Shown: positions 49,610 through 57,982 of the stretch, in pieces
Numbering within the stretch: position 1 is the first letter of the stretch
Layout: each line of letters starts with the position of its first letter
From: Hadesarchaea archaeon
Lineage (GTDB): Archaea > Hadarchaeota > Hadarchaeia > Hadarchaeales > Hadarchaeaceae
Length of the DNA: 64,000 nt
Assembly: GCA_029259175.1 (NCBI GenBank)
Contig: JAPDJH010000009.1
Location: forward strand, 18,123-82,122
Direction of reading: 5' to 3'
Translations under genes and position numbers: made by a program
Notes under the pieces: generated by a model
What the model saw: only the letters and a program-made list of their open reading frames with translations
What the model was told of the DNA's origin: nothing
Databases searched by the model: none

Positions 49610-49749
49610 AAAACGTACGGGATGCTGACTCAAATTGCCTGAGGAGTCGATTGGCCACTGTACCATTTTTTTCAGATTTCGAAACGTCCGCAAACCACAG
49701 TCCCGTCAGCGATGGGGCTTAATACCGGGCGCTGCTTATCTTTTTCTGG

Positions 49750-49876
49750 GCCGGGGTAGCTCAGATGGTTAGAGCGCCAGACTCATAGCCTCGAAGCGCG
49801 GCTGTGAGTGCTGATCCCGCGAGATGATGGGTGAGAAATCTGGAGGTCGCGGGTTCGAGTCCCGCCCCCGGCACCA
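49750..49876 (+). tRNA. tRNA(CAU) (elongator Met or Ile2) with 50-nt intron after position 37, CCA encoded
   Basis: Acceptor GCCGGGG/CCCCGGC, D-arm GCTCAGATGGTTAGAGC, anticodon stem CCAGA/TCTGG with loop CUCAUA, intron 49788-49837, T-arm GCGGGTTCGAGTCCCGC, ACCA. G1:C72 and the anticodon stem are not initiator-like. Confidence 0.7.
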
Positions 49877-49937
49877 TCCCGCTCACAAAACCATATCACC
49901 GTTTAAAAGAGGAAGAACTTTTGTTCACCAAGTGGAC

Positions 49938-51128
49938 TCATTCGCGTAAAACCTTCTGCAAAAACGGAAGTGAGACCAGCCCCACAACAACAAACATCAG
50001 AAACGGTGCCGAAGGACCACACCAGTCAGCGATGACCCCACCAACGCCCGGGAAGATACCCCACCCGGCCATGCCCACGGAGTTGAAGATCCCCAGCACT
50101 AGCCCTGGACTGCTTCGCTCACCGAGCTTCGAAATGCTGCTGACCACCGCAGGGTAGACTGCACCCTCGGCCACGGCCAAAAGTAAAGAAAACAGTAGCA
50201 ACACCGGGTAGGTGGTCGCAAGGGCGAGACCCAGCGAGACGAACGCGGACGCGCCTATACTCGCCACGATCATCCGCTTGGCCCCGAAGCGATCCGAGAG
50301 ACCGCCGAGCGGTGCGAACACCACTCCTCTCACCACGGTAAACACAGTTATCAGCGTGCTGGCCTCGAACTCCGTGAGGCCCAGATCCACTACAGCATAC
50401 GCTGGCAATAAGGTATGAAAAATCGCGACCACTCCGATGTAGATCAGAGTGGCAAAACACAGTGGAAGCAAGCGGACAAAATCGGGTCGTTTCAATACCC
50501 TGCGCGGCGGCTTGAACTCGGTCATCAGAACCGGAATTACCGAGCAGATTGCTAGCGCGGCGCTCCACAAGAAAACCCAACGAGCACCAAACTCGGGATA
50601 AGCCCATCCAGCAAATATCGGACCGATACCAAACGCTGCGGCCCACGACGTCCCATAGAGACCCATAGCACGGCCGCGTTCGTGCTCGCCGGACAACTCG
50701 GCAATGGCCGTCTGCATGTTGACCCACACAGGTGCCTCAGCCAACCCCTGATAGAGCCGGACGAGCAAAAGCTGGGTCACGGAGCTGCAGAAGGTATAGA
50801 GATAGAAGGAGAATGAGGTCATGACATAACCAAGAACAATGAACCGTCTGCGGCCAAAGCGATCACCCAGCACGCCCGCTGGAATGGAAAAGATCACGTC
50901 AAAAATCACATACATCGTGCCTATTAGACCGATCTCTGTGTATGACGCCCCCAGCTCCTTCGCAGCATAGATGGGGAGCAACAGCGCCACCGCTCCCATC
51001 GCGAGAGATACCAAAAAGCTGCCGATAAGCAGACGGCGCATCACACCAATCTTTCCCGTTAGGTTAATACGTTTTTGAATCCATTCTCTCACGATGTTGA
51101 AAACACCCATTGTGGTGGTGAACTTCAA
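49938..51128 (-). CDS. MFS transporter
   Basis: 396 aa, 12 predicted TM helices, 'GDRFGRRR' MFS motif. The true start may be the internal ATG at 51041, to avoid a 35-nt divergent overlap with the TIM gene. Confidence 0.7.
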   Translation of the reverse strand: MKFTTTMGVFNIVREWIQKRINLTGKIGVMRRLLIGSFLVSLAMGAVALLLPIYAAKELGASYTEIGLIGTMYVIFDVIFSIPAGVLGDRFGRRRFIVLGYVMTSFSFYLYTFCSSVTQLLLVRLYQGLAEAPVWVNMQTAIAELSGEHERGRAMGLYGTSWAAAFGIGPIFAGWAYPEFGARWVFLWSAALAICSVIPVLMTEFKPPRRVLKRPDFVRLLPLCFATLIYIGVVAIFHTLLPAYAVVDLGLTEFEASTLITVFTVVRGVVFAPLGGLSDRFGAKRMIVASIGASAFVSLGLALATTYPVLLLFSLLLAVAEGAVYPAVVSSISKLGERSSPGLVLGIFNSVGMAGWGIFPGVGGVIADWCGPSAPFLMFVVVGLVSLPFLQKVLRE

Positions 51129-51771
51129 GACTTATCCCGAGTCCACCGGCGAACGCGCGGTTCAGCTGGCAAAAATTATCGAACAGGTTGCACAGGATTA
51201 CTCAGCGTCGGTTGCAGTGTGCCCACAACACGCTGACATATACCGGGTGTCCAGAGAAGTGAGTATTCCAGTTCTGGCACAACACGTAGATCCCCTCAAG
51301 CCCGGGCGAAACACCGGGTGGGTAACGCCCGCATCCGTAAAAGCGGCGGGGGCTGTGGGAACGCTGATTAACCACTCCGAGCACAAGATTCCACACGACC
51401 AAGTAAAGCAAGTGGTGGATCTCTGCCGAAGCAAAGAGCTAGTCACCATCGTGTGCACGGCCGATGTGGAGGAGAGCAAAGGGCTGGCGGCACATTCGCC
51501 GGATTTCATAGCGGTAGAGCCTCCTGAGCTCATCGGGACCGGAATACCGGTGTCTAAAGCCAAACCGGAAATCGTGAGCGGTTCAGTAAAAGCCATTCAA
51601 GAGGTGAATTCATCTGTTCAAGTGCTGTGTGGGGCAGGAATAACTACCGGAGAAGACGTTGCGAAAGCTGTAGAACTCGGAACCGTGGGTGTGCTCGTCG
51701 CCTCAGGCATTGTGCGAGCAAAGGATCAGCGCGCAGCCATCGAAGACATGGTTCGCGCTCTCCCGAAGTGA
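51094..51771 (+). CDS. tpiA: Triosephosphate isomerase (archaeal type)
   Basis: 'IVVVNFKTYPESTG', 'INHSEH', 'IAVEPPELIGTG', 'LCGAGI...GVLVASG'. Confidence 0.8.
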   Translation: MLKTPIVVVNFKTYPESTGERAVQLAKIIEQVAQDYSASVAVCPQHADIYRVSREVSIPVLAQHVDPLKPGRNTGWVTPASVKAAGAVGTLINHSEHKIPHDQVKQVVDLCRSKELVTIVCTADVEESKGLAAHSPDFIAVEPPELIGTGIPVSKAKPEIVSGSVKAIQEVNSSVQVLCGAGITTGEDVAKAVELGTVGVLVASGIVRAKDQRAAIEDMVRALPK

Positions 51772-51804
51772 TTTTAAGACTGTTCGCTACCCAAGGAGAA
51801 TTGG

Positions 51805-51879
51805 GCCGCCGTAGCTGAGCCTGGTTACAGCGGCCGCCTTGTAAGCGGCAGATCGTGGGTTCAAATCCCACCGGCGGCT
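51805..51879 (+). tRNA. tRNA-Thr(UGU)
   Basis: Acceptor GCCGCCG/CGGCGGC, anticodon stem GCCGC/GCGGC with loop CTTGTAA, T-arm GTGGGTTCAAATCCCAC, discriminator T, CCA not encoded. Its 3' end is repeated twice downstream. Confidence 0.75.
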
Positions 51880-51881
51880 CA

Positions 51882-52112
51882 TTACAACTTCTCCAACAGC
51901 TCAAAGAACCTCTCTCGGGTAAGCTCCGCCTCCCGGATTATCGCCCGCACGAGCGCTGGCTTGATCTCCCTATCCGGATGGACCGGGATAACGGTACGCA
52001 CGTTCTCTTTCATCAGGATAACGTGGGGACCCTTCCTCCTAACAATTCGAAATCCTTCATGGATCAATATCTTGATGAGCTTCTCAGCTGGAACAGGCCC
52101 GATTTTAGGCAT
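51882..52112 (-). CDS. hicA: HicA toxin (mRNA interferase)
   Basis: 76 aa. 'KLIKILIHEGFRIVRRKGPHVILMKENVRTVIPVHPDREIKPALVRAIIREAEL'. Confidence 0.7.
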   Translation of the reverse strand: MPKIGPVPAEKLIKILIHEGFRIVRRKGPHVILMKENVRTVIPVHPDREIKPALVRAIIREAELTRERFFELLEKL

Positions 52113-52359
52113 GAACCTCTACTTTTTGTAATCCAACAACTGACTGCGCCATTTTGAGAACTTCTGATTTCTCCTCTTCATCAAGGGTTTCCAAGTAGAG
52201 TTCGATTGCCTCCTCAACATTTTTCATCAACTCTTCGAGCGTTTCGCCTTGCGTGTGGCACCCTGGCAGGGAAGGAACAAACGCCACGTAACCGCCCGTC
52301 TCATCCTTTTGAACCACTACATCGAACATCAATCTCTTGGCCATGTCTTTCCCAACCAC
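52105..52359 (-). CDS. hicB: HicB antitoxin
   Basis: 84 aa. 'MFDVVVQKDETGGYVAFVPSLPGCHTQGETLEELMKNVEEAIELYLE'. 8-nt overlap with hicA. Confidence 0.7.
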   Translation of the reverse strand: MVGKDMAKRLMFDVVVQKDETGGYVAFVPSLPGCHTQGETLEELMKNVEEAIELYLETLDEEEKSEVLKMAQSVVGLQKVEVHA

Positions 52360-52452
52360 TCTATGTAAACCAGAGTATAAAATCTATGGGAAGTTCCAGC
52401 ACGAGCAATCGTCCGTGTTTGACAAGCAGTAGGGAATAGACAAGAGGAATCT

Positions 52453-52490
52453 CTGTCCTTCCTCTTTCATTAAGACCACCGGCGGCTCCA
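52453..52490 (+). repeat. Direct repeat A of tRNA-Thr 3' end (att-like site)
   Basis: 'ctgtccttcctctttcattaagaCCACCGGCGGCTCca'. The last 13-15 nt match the 3' end of the tRNA-Thr at 51805-51879. The whole 38 nt are near-identical to repeat B. Confidence 0.55.
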
Positions 52491-52517
52491 CGAACACAGT
52501 AAATTATTTAAATTTTG

Positions 52518-52529
52518 AAACAATTGTTT
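52518..52529. promoter_or_regulatory. Perfect 12-bp palindrome AAACAATTGTTT in AT-rich promoter 5 nt upstream of the wHTH-MNT start (putative autoregulatory operator)
   Basis: Read directly. Embedded in 'taaattatttaaattttgAAACAATTGTTTtaaatATG'. Confidence 0.4.
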
Positions 52530-52534
52530 TAAAT

Positions 52535-53083
52535 ATGAAACATCTAGACGAAAAGGCTTTGAAGGTGCTCACCTACTTCTTTGAGAACCCGCGAGAAGAA
52601 GTTTACCTGCGGGAACTGGCACGCCGGCTACGGATGAGCCCAGCAACTGTTATGCGAGCCCTACGTCTCCTCATTAGAGAAGGCTTGATAACCAAGCGCC
52701 CGGAGAAGCACGCCACCTATTTCAAGGCCAACCTTAACCCATACTTCAGAGAGTTGAAGAAAGCGCATACGGTTTCCAAAGTCTTGCGCTCCGGAATTCT
52801 TGAACTCATCAACGAGAAATCGGTAGGTCTAAGTTCAATACTGCTCTACGGGAGCGCCGCTAAAGGCGAAGACGATCGGGGAAGCGACTACGACTTTCTG
52901 GTGATTGCCGCAAGATGCGCCCTGAGAAGCAGTGAACTCTCGAAACTTCTAGGGAGAGAGGCCACCCTACAGGTCTTCGACGTGGCGGGCTGGAAACGAG
53001 TAGCAAAGCGAAACCGAGCATTCTACCTAGACGTTATAAGCAATTCCATTGTCCTTTATGGTGGAAAGCCGGTGATCGATTGA
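52535..53083 (+). CDS. wHTH-fused minimal nucleotidyltransferase (MntA-like antitoxin)
   Basis: N-terminal 'VYLRELARRLRMSPATVMRALRLLIREGLI' wHTH, then 'LLYGSAAKGEDDRGSDYDFLV' GS-x9-DxD NTase motif. Confidence 0.7.
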   Translation: MKHLDEKALKVLTYFFENPREEVYLRELARRLRMSPATVMRALRLLIREGLITKRPEKHATYFKANLNPYFRELKKAHTVSKVLRSGILELINEKSVGLSSILLYGSAAKGEDDRGSDYDFLVIAARCALRSSELSKLLGREATLQVFDVAGWKRVAKRNRAFYLDVISNSIVLYGGKPVID

Positions 53084-53520
53084 CGCTTAGGGATTGTCTT
53101 GCGCAAAGGAAGTTGCGCAGGATACGGCCGGATCCGCTCAAAGCCCGCAAATCGCTGGAAGCTGCGTCTGCAAAACTGAAAAAGGCCAAGGAACTCCTCG
53201 CCGATGAGCATTACGATGCAACCCTTCTGTACGCGTACACGAGCATGTTCAGCTCGGGAAGAGCTCTCCTTTACAAGGACGGCATCCAAGAGAAATCCCA
53301 CTACTGTTTGGCTAGGTATCTAGAGGAGAGGTACGTGAAGAGAGGAAAGTTGAATCCAAAGATCATCACCTTCCTCGACTCTTTCCGTGAGGAGCGGCAC
53401 GCGATAATGTATGGGTTCGAGGAGGTTGAAATCCGGCGCGAAGAGGCTGAGGAAGCCATCTCGGTTGCGGAAGAATTCCTTGGGAGAGCTAAAGAACTCG
53501 TGGGTAAGCGTACGCGCTGA
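53080..53520 (+). CDS. HEPN-domain protein (HepT-like toxin partner)
   Basis: 146 aa all-alpha. 'SFREERHAIMYG' R-x(3-4)-H HEPN-like motif near the C-terminus. 4-nt overlap with the MNT gene. Confidence 0.55.
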   Translation: MTLRDCLAQRKLRRIRPDPLKARKSLEAASAKLKKAKELLADEHYDATLLYAYTSMFSSGRALLYKDGIQEKSHYCLARYLEERYVKRGKLNPKIITFLDSFREERHAIMYGFEEVEIRREEAEEAISVAEEFLGRAKELVGKRTR

Positions 53521-53599
53521 ATGAAGAAGCTTGCTATTGCTTATCGTCTTTGGTTCTCTGCCGTGGTTTCTGTCCTTATACTTTTGATAGGAAGCCCAC

Positions 53600-53673
53600 T
53601 AGTGGCTCCACTATATTTTTTAATAAATAGTTAACTTAATATATAGTTAAGTTTTAGGAATAACGGTGTTGAG
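53600..53673 (+). promoter_or_regulatory. AT-rich promoter with TATA-like box and direct repeat ATAGTTAA(N9)TAGTTAA upstream of the 305-aa MNT-fusion gene
   Basis: 'ctatattttttaataaATAGTTAActtaatataTAGTTAAgttttaggaataacggtgttgagATG'. GTTAAC is also palindromic. Confidence 0.35.
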
Positions 53674-54591
53674 ATGTGGCCTGCTGAATGGCTAGCAGAG
53701 AAATACTTTGAGATCAAAGAGCTGCCGCGAATAGTCGATCGAAACATGGTTGCAAAAATTTGGAAAACTAACAAAAACTACGCGAGTGTCACCTTGCACG
53801 AGATGCGCGAAGCTTTACTTATAGACAGATTGAAGAGAGGAGCATATCTATCGGTACCGCCTGAGAAATGGCTGCCGGTGCACTCGTTCCTGATGCGAAC
53901 TCCAGAAATCGCTCCAGCTCTATCTAAACTATTACAGGACTCGATGAACGATATTGAGTGTCTGGTGCTCTATGGCTCGCGGATTTGGGGGGGAGATGAG
54001 CTAAGCGACTGGGATTTCTTCACCGTTGTTTCCTCCGAAAAGTCGAAGAATGCGATGAGGACCAAACTCCTCAAAATCAGGCAAACAAATCTTCGACTTG
54101 ATGTGGAGATATTGTCTGTTCAAGACTTCGAGTTTCTCCTACGCAAAGACCCGATTTTTCTCAAACTCGTAGCGTGCGAGTGCAGGCCCATAGTAGATAC
54201 TGGTATTCTTGGAATTGCCAAGGCAATCGAGATTAAACCAGAACACGTTGCCGTTGAAATGTTGGCCGCGAAAGAAAATATTCTACAGGGCATGGCATGC
54301 GCGCGACGAGGCGAAAGCAGTATCGCCTGCTACTGGCTCACCCGCGGGATCCGGCGAACGCTTGCTGCGGCCCTCTCCATGTGTGAAAACTTCTCCGGGA
54401 AAGCTTTGGAAGAGGAATTCAAAGCACGTTTTCCTCAGTATGAGCAACTTCGGGTGATCGTTAAAAAAATTGGCTTGGAACGAGAAACACATATACCAAA
54501 AAAATTCCTTAGAGAACTTGTTAACAGAACAATAGTCGAGTGGGAACTGGTAGCAAAGGAGTTGCGCAGATGGGGAAAAAGCGCAAAATAA
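53674..54591 (+). CDS. wHTH-nucleotidyltransferase fused to a C-terminal ~170-aa helical domain (possible degenerate HEPN). Single-chain MNT-HEPN-like protein
   Basis: 'VTLHEMREALLIDRLKRGAYL' wHTH-like, 'LVLYGSRIWGGDELSDWDFFTV' NTase motif, long helical C-terminus without a clear Rx4-6H. Confidence 0.5.
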   Translation: MWPAEWLAEKYFEIKELPRIVDRNMVAKIWKTNKNYASVTLHEMREALLIDRLKRGAYLSVPPEKWLPVHSFLMRTPEIAPALSKLLQDSMNDIECLVLYGSRIWGGDELSDWDFFTVVSSEKSKNAMRTKLLKIRQTNLRLDVEILSVQDFEFLLRKDPIFLKLVACECRPIVDTGILGIAKAIEIKPEHVAVEMLAAKENILQGMACARRGESSIACYWLTRGIRRTLAAALSMCENFSGKALEEEFKARFPQYEQLRVIVKKIGLERETHIPKKFLRELVNRTIVEWELVAKELRRWGKSAK

Positions 54592-54848
54592 AGAAACCAG
54601 CAGCGCTTCTGGCACAAAGAAAAGCACACTTGCAACTTGCAGAGGAATTTTCCAAACTCGTACCAACTGAAGTAATTAAACATTGGGAAAAAGAGGCCGA
54701 GCGCTTCGAACGCGAAGCTAGACGGCTTATGACAGGGTTACCCACGAGCTACCTAGAAGAAATAGAAAAGATAAGTGATGAAGAAGCGAAAAAGCTCTTA
54801 CGAAGGAAGCGAAAAGAGATAATCTAGACATTCGCGTAGCGAATCTTC

Positions 54849-54888
54849 TGTCCTTTACTTTCATTAAGGATCCCACCGGCGGCTCCAC
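54849..54888 (+). repeat. Direct repeat B of tRNA-Thr 3' end (att-like site)
   Basis: 'ctgtcctttactttcattaaggATCCCACCGGCGGCTCca'. 16 nt identical to the tRNA-Thr 3' end, with CCA encoded here but not in the intact gene. Confidence 0.55.
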
Positions 54889-54935
54889 AAAAAATAGTTT
54901 ATAGGTAAGGATTTCTTACATTAATTAGTGATGGG

Positions 54936-55187
54936 ATGAAAGGAAGCGTGGTAAAAATTACCTCAAAAGGACAACTTACCCTCCCCGTGGAAATCCGGAG
55001 AGAGTTAGGGGTTAGGAAAGACGATTATCTTTACGTCACAAGAGCTGGTGAGCTAATTCTGATGAAGCGGATCGGAGTGAATCCTAAGGAAATTTTAGAT
55101 ACCTTTCAGCAAGTCGCAAAGGAGAGCGGGCTGACGAGAAAAGAACTAAACCGGGTCATCCGCGAGATCAGGCGGGCAAAAGAATGA
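54936..55187 (+). CDS. vapB: AbrB/SpoVT-family antitoxin (VapB-like)
   Basis: 'VKITSKGQLTLPVEIRRELGVRKDDYLYV' swapped-hairpin motif. Confidence 0.7.
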   Translation: MKGSVVKITSKGQLTLPVEIRRELGVRKDDYLYVTRAGELILMKRIGVNPKEILDTFQQVAKESGLTRKELNRVIREIRRAKE

Positions 55188-55606
55188 ATAAAAAGCCAAG
55201 AGTTTTCTTGGACACGAACGTTTTGATATCGGGAATGGTATTCAGAGGAAACGAGAGGAAACTGCTGGACGCGATTATTGATAACCGATTGAAACTGGTA
55301 ATAAGCGACGATGTTTTGAACGAAACAGAAATGGTCTTCAGGAAAAAATTCCCGCAGCACCGTGTTCTTTTCCCGTTATTTTTGCAGCTCGTGAAGCACG
55401 AAAGAATACCGAGAAAAGCGTATAGAAAAGCCGAAAAGACATATTCTGGACTCCTCCGTGACAAAACAGACGCCCACATCCTTGCGGCCGCTGTCGTGGG
55501 CAAGTGCGATTATCTAATTGCCGGCGACAAAGAACTCCTTTCCCTGAAGAAAGTTGGTCTCACAAAAATAATTCAAACGTGGGAGTTGCTGAGAGAATTG
55601 AAATAA
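55184..55606 (+). CDS. vapC: PIN-domain ribonuclease toxin (VapC)
   Basis: 'VFLDTNVLISG' and 'AHILAAAVVGKCDYLIAGD' PIN acidic residues. 4-nt overlap with vapB. Confidence 0.8.
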   Translation: MNKKPRVFLDTNVLISGMVFRGNERKLLDAIIDNRLKLVISDDVLNETEMVFRKKFPQHRVLFPLFLQLVKHERIPRKAYRKAEKTYSGLLRDKTDAHILAAAVVGKCDYLIAGDKELLSLKKVGLTKIIQTWELLRELK

Positions 55607-55665
55607 ACGTGTGCTCTGTCTCCTCGCGCTTCAGCAAAAACTAAAAACCACACCACCCATCAGAA

Positions 55666-57792
55666 GTGTTGGTGAAGAGACTCGCTCTCCTAGCTGGAGC
55701 AATCCTCATCATTCTCGCCATGGCTCTCCACACTGGAGAAAAGAAGGGAGTTGAGCTGCCCCCGCCGGAGGAGAACCTCGTGCCTTCTCCATCCCAGCAA
55801 GGGCCCGCATGGGAAAACGAAATGGAAGAGATTTTGGTCCAAGTGTTCGAGAGCTCCTATCGAACGGCCGGGCCAGCAGTCGGAGAGTTCGAGAACGGGC
55901 AAGCAGCTGATCTCGTGCTTTTTCAACACGGGTTTGACAACTCCGGAGGCCCACTGAGCTTCAATCACCCCATGGGTCTGACAACCGACGGGCAGAGACT
56001 GATCCTGGCAGACACGCGCAACAACCGCGTTTTGATCTGGAACGAACTGCCCGACTCAAACACCGTCCCCGACCTCGTGCTCGGCCAGCCTGATTTCTAT
56101 CACAACGTTCCCGGCGACGGTTTGGACGAAATGAACTGGCCGGTGGGCGTGGCGACCGATGGCACCAGCCTCGCGGTCGCGGACACGATGAACAACCGCG
56201 TTCTGGTCTGGCTCGACTTCCCCACCGAAAACGGAGAGCCAGCCGACCTGGCCATCTACGGTCCACCCGACCAGCCCATCGGTGGCCCTTGGGGCGTCTA
56301 CTTCCTCGATAACAGATTCATAGTCGTGAGCACTTGGGGCAACTCGGGTGTCTACATCTGGAACCACATCCCCTCAGCCGATGAGCCACCGGATCTTGTG
56401 CTCACGGGCGACGGAATGATGGGAACGCCGCGGCAGGTGTGGAGCGACGAACAAAGACTGGTCGTTGTGGATCACAACATCGCGCTCGAATCTGGGGGAT
56501 CCCAGCCCGGCATGCTTTTCTGGCTGGACTTTCCGACTGCTGACGAGCCACCCGACTTTTACATGACCGGAATGCTGTGGGGACCAGCGATGGACCACCA
56601 GGGGCGCTTCATGGTGCTCAACAACTACGGCCTAGCGATATGGAACGATTTCCCCGCAGGACCGGACGACGAAGCAGATCTGGTCATAGGCTCTCCAATG
56701 ATTGCAGAGTGGATCAGGCGACAGGAGTACCGCTTCGACGATGGAGATGGATCGAGCATTGTTCCTGCGGGCGACCGGCTGTACATCTCGCTGTACAATG
56801 CCAACATGGTGGTCGGCTACCGGTCCTTGCCTGCTTCGCCGGACGATCTGCCAGACTTCGCCTTGGGATCGACGAGTATTTGGATAAATCCGATGGAAAA
56901 CAAGGGTTTCTTCGAGAACCCCGTTCCCGCCTCGGATGGGGAGCACCTCTTCGTGGCCAGCGGATTCAGCAGGCGTCTGTGCGTCTGGCGCAATATTCCC
57001 GATGAGAGCGGTGCAACCCCCGATGTGATCTACACGTTTCCAAATCTTGAGCCCACCAACGTTTGGGTGGAAAACGGAAAGCTGGCGCTCGGAACGAACA
57101 GCTCAATCGTCTACATCTGGAATCACTTGCCCCTAGCAGGCGAACTTCCAGATGTTGTTCTCAACCTAGAAAACATCTTTGCCCCTCCGGAGAGCGATTC
57201 AGCCGAAACCGGCATCATCCCCGTGTGGGTTTGCCTGGCCAAAAACCGGCTGTTCGTTTGGGAGGTCGGGGGGACGATTCTGGTGTGGAACGAGGTGCCC
57301 ACAGAGCAAGAGGACCCGGATCTCGTCATCCCCACCGATCTCCCGATCTCGTGGCTGTGTGTGGACGACGATCGCCTAGTCGTTACGACAAGGGACGATG
57401 AGGTCAGGGTGTATGACCTAATTGACCTCCTCTCCCTCCAGCCCCCGGCTACCGAAAAACTGAGCAAAGAGGGGGCTCCCCAGATCGAAAATGCTCTGCG
57501 TTTGGTATTGAGAAGGGATGCGAACAGGGAGGAGTTTAGAGCCCCCACCGGTGTCCACTCGCGAGAAAACAAGCTCTTGCTAGTAGACCTAGAGCTGAGC
57601 GAGGTGTTTATCTGGAACGGATTCCCCACCCAGAACGACCAGCCACCGGACGCCGTTTTGGGGAGTAAAATGGAGTGGGCAACCAACAGCAACACATTCT
57701 TCTGGCCAGCGATGGTGTGGTACGATGGAGACCACCTCTGGGTCGGGGAAACCAAATTCTCGAACAGACTTCTGAGATTCTCGCCCTCATAG
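55666..57792 (+). CDS. Membrane-anchored NHL-repeat beta-propeller protein
   Basis: 708 aa. N-terminal TM 'LALLAGAILIILAMAL', repeated 'NNRVLIWNELPD...DLVLGQPDF', 'NNRVLVWLDFP', 'VYIWNHIPS' NHL-like blades. Confidence 0.55.
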   Translation: MLVKRLALLAGAILIILAMALHTGEKKGVELPPPEENLVPSPSQQGPAWENEMEEILVQVFESSYRTAGPAVGEFENGQAADLVLFQHGFDNSGGPLSFNHPMGLTTDGQRLILADTRNNRVLIWNELPDSNTVPDLVLGQPDFYHNVPGDGLDEMNWPVGVATDGTSLAVADTMNNRVLVWLDFPTENGEPADLAIYGPPDQPIGGPWGVYFLDNRFIVVSTWGNSGVYIWNHIPSADEPPDLVLTGDGMMGTPRQVWSDEQRLVVVDHNIALESGGSQPGMLFWLDFPTADEPPDFYMTGMLWGPAMDHQGRFMVLNNYGLAIWNDFPAGPDDEADLVIGSPMIAEWIRRQEYRFDDGDGSSIVPAGDRLYISLYNANMVVGYRSLPASPDDLPDFALGSTSIWINPMENKGFFENPVPASDGEHLFVASGFSRRLCVWRNIPDESGATPDVIYTFPNLEPTNVWVENGKLALGTNSSIVYIWNHLPLAGELPDVVLNLENIFAPPESDSAETGIIPVWVCLAKNRLFVWEVGGTILVWNEVPTEQEDPDLVIPTDLPISWLCVDDDRLVVTTRDDEVRVYDLIDLLSLQPPATEKLSKEGAPQIENALRLVLRRDANREEFRAPTGVHSRENKLLLVDLELSEVFIWNGFPTQNDQPPDAVLGSKMEWATNSNTFFWPAMVWYDGDHLWVGETKFSNRLLRFSPS

Positions 57793-57982
57793 AAGCGGGT
57801 GTCCCGCGCCCGGTGGAACCTGAGCCATCGCCTCGTCTCCTCAGGCGCATGGCAGGCGCGGGCATAGAAAATTTTTCTTTCTCACTAAAAAGGGTTACAA
57901 GTCTATAACACTGTCCACAAACATGCTGAGTATGATCCAGTCGTCTATAAGTGTAGTGTGCTCATCCGAAAGTATTCTGATC

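Noticed and set aside
49750-49876. Initiator tRNA-Met
   Set aside because: It lacks the A1:U72 pair and the three consecutive G:C pairs in the anticodon stem expected of archaeal initiator tRNA.
51644-51904. 86-aa minus-strand ORF
   Set aside because: It covers the tRNA-Thr gene and repeat region. Its reading frame translates the tRNA antisense.
54540-54827. 95-aa Lys/Arg/Glu-rich ORF
   Set aside because: It overlaps the 3' end of the 305-aa MNT-fusion gene in another frame and has no recognisable fold. Kept only as a note in findings, not as a feature.
51880-55606. Integrase or transposase within the tRNA-Thr island
   Set aside because: None of the ORFs (HicAB, MNT, HEPN, VapBC, a 95-aa basic ORF) has integrase/recombinase motifs. 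The island is therefore called a remnant, not an intact mobile element.
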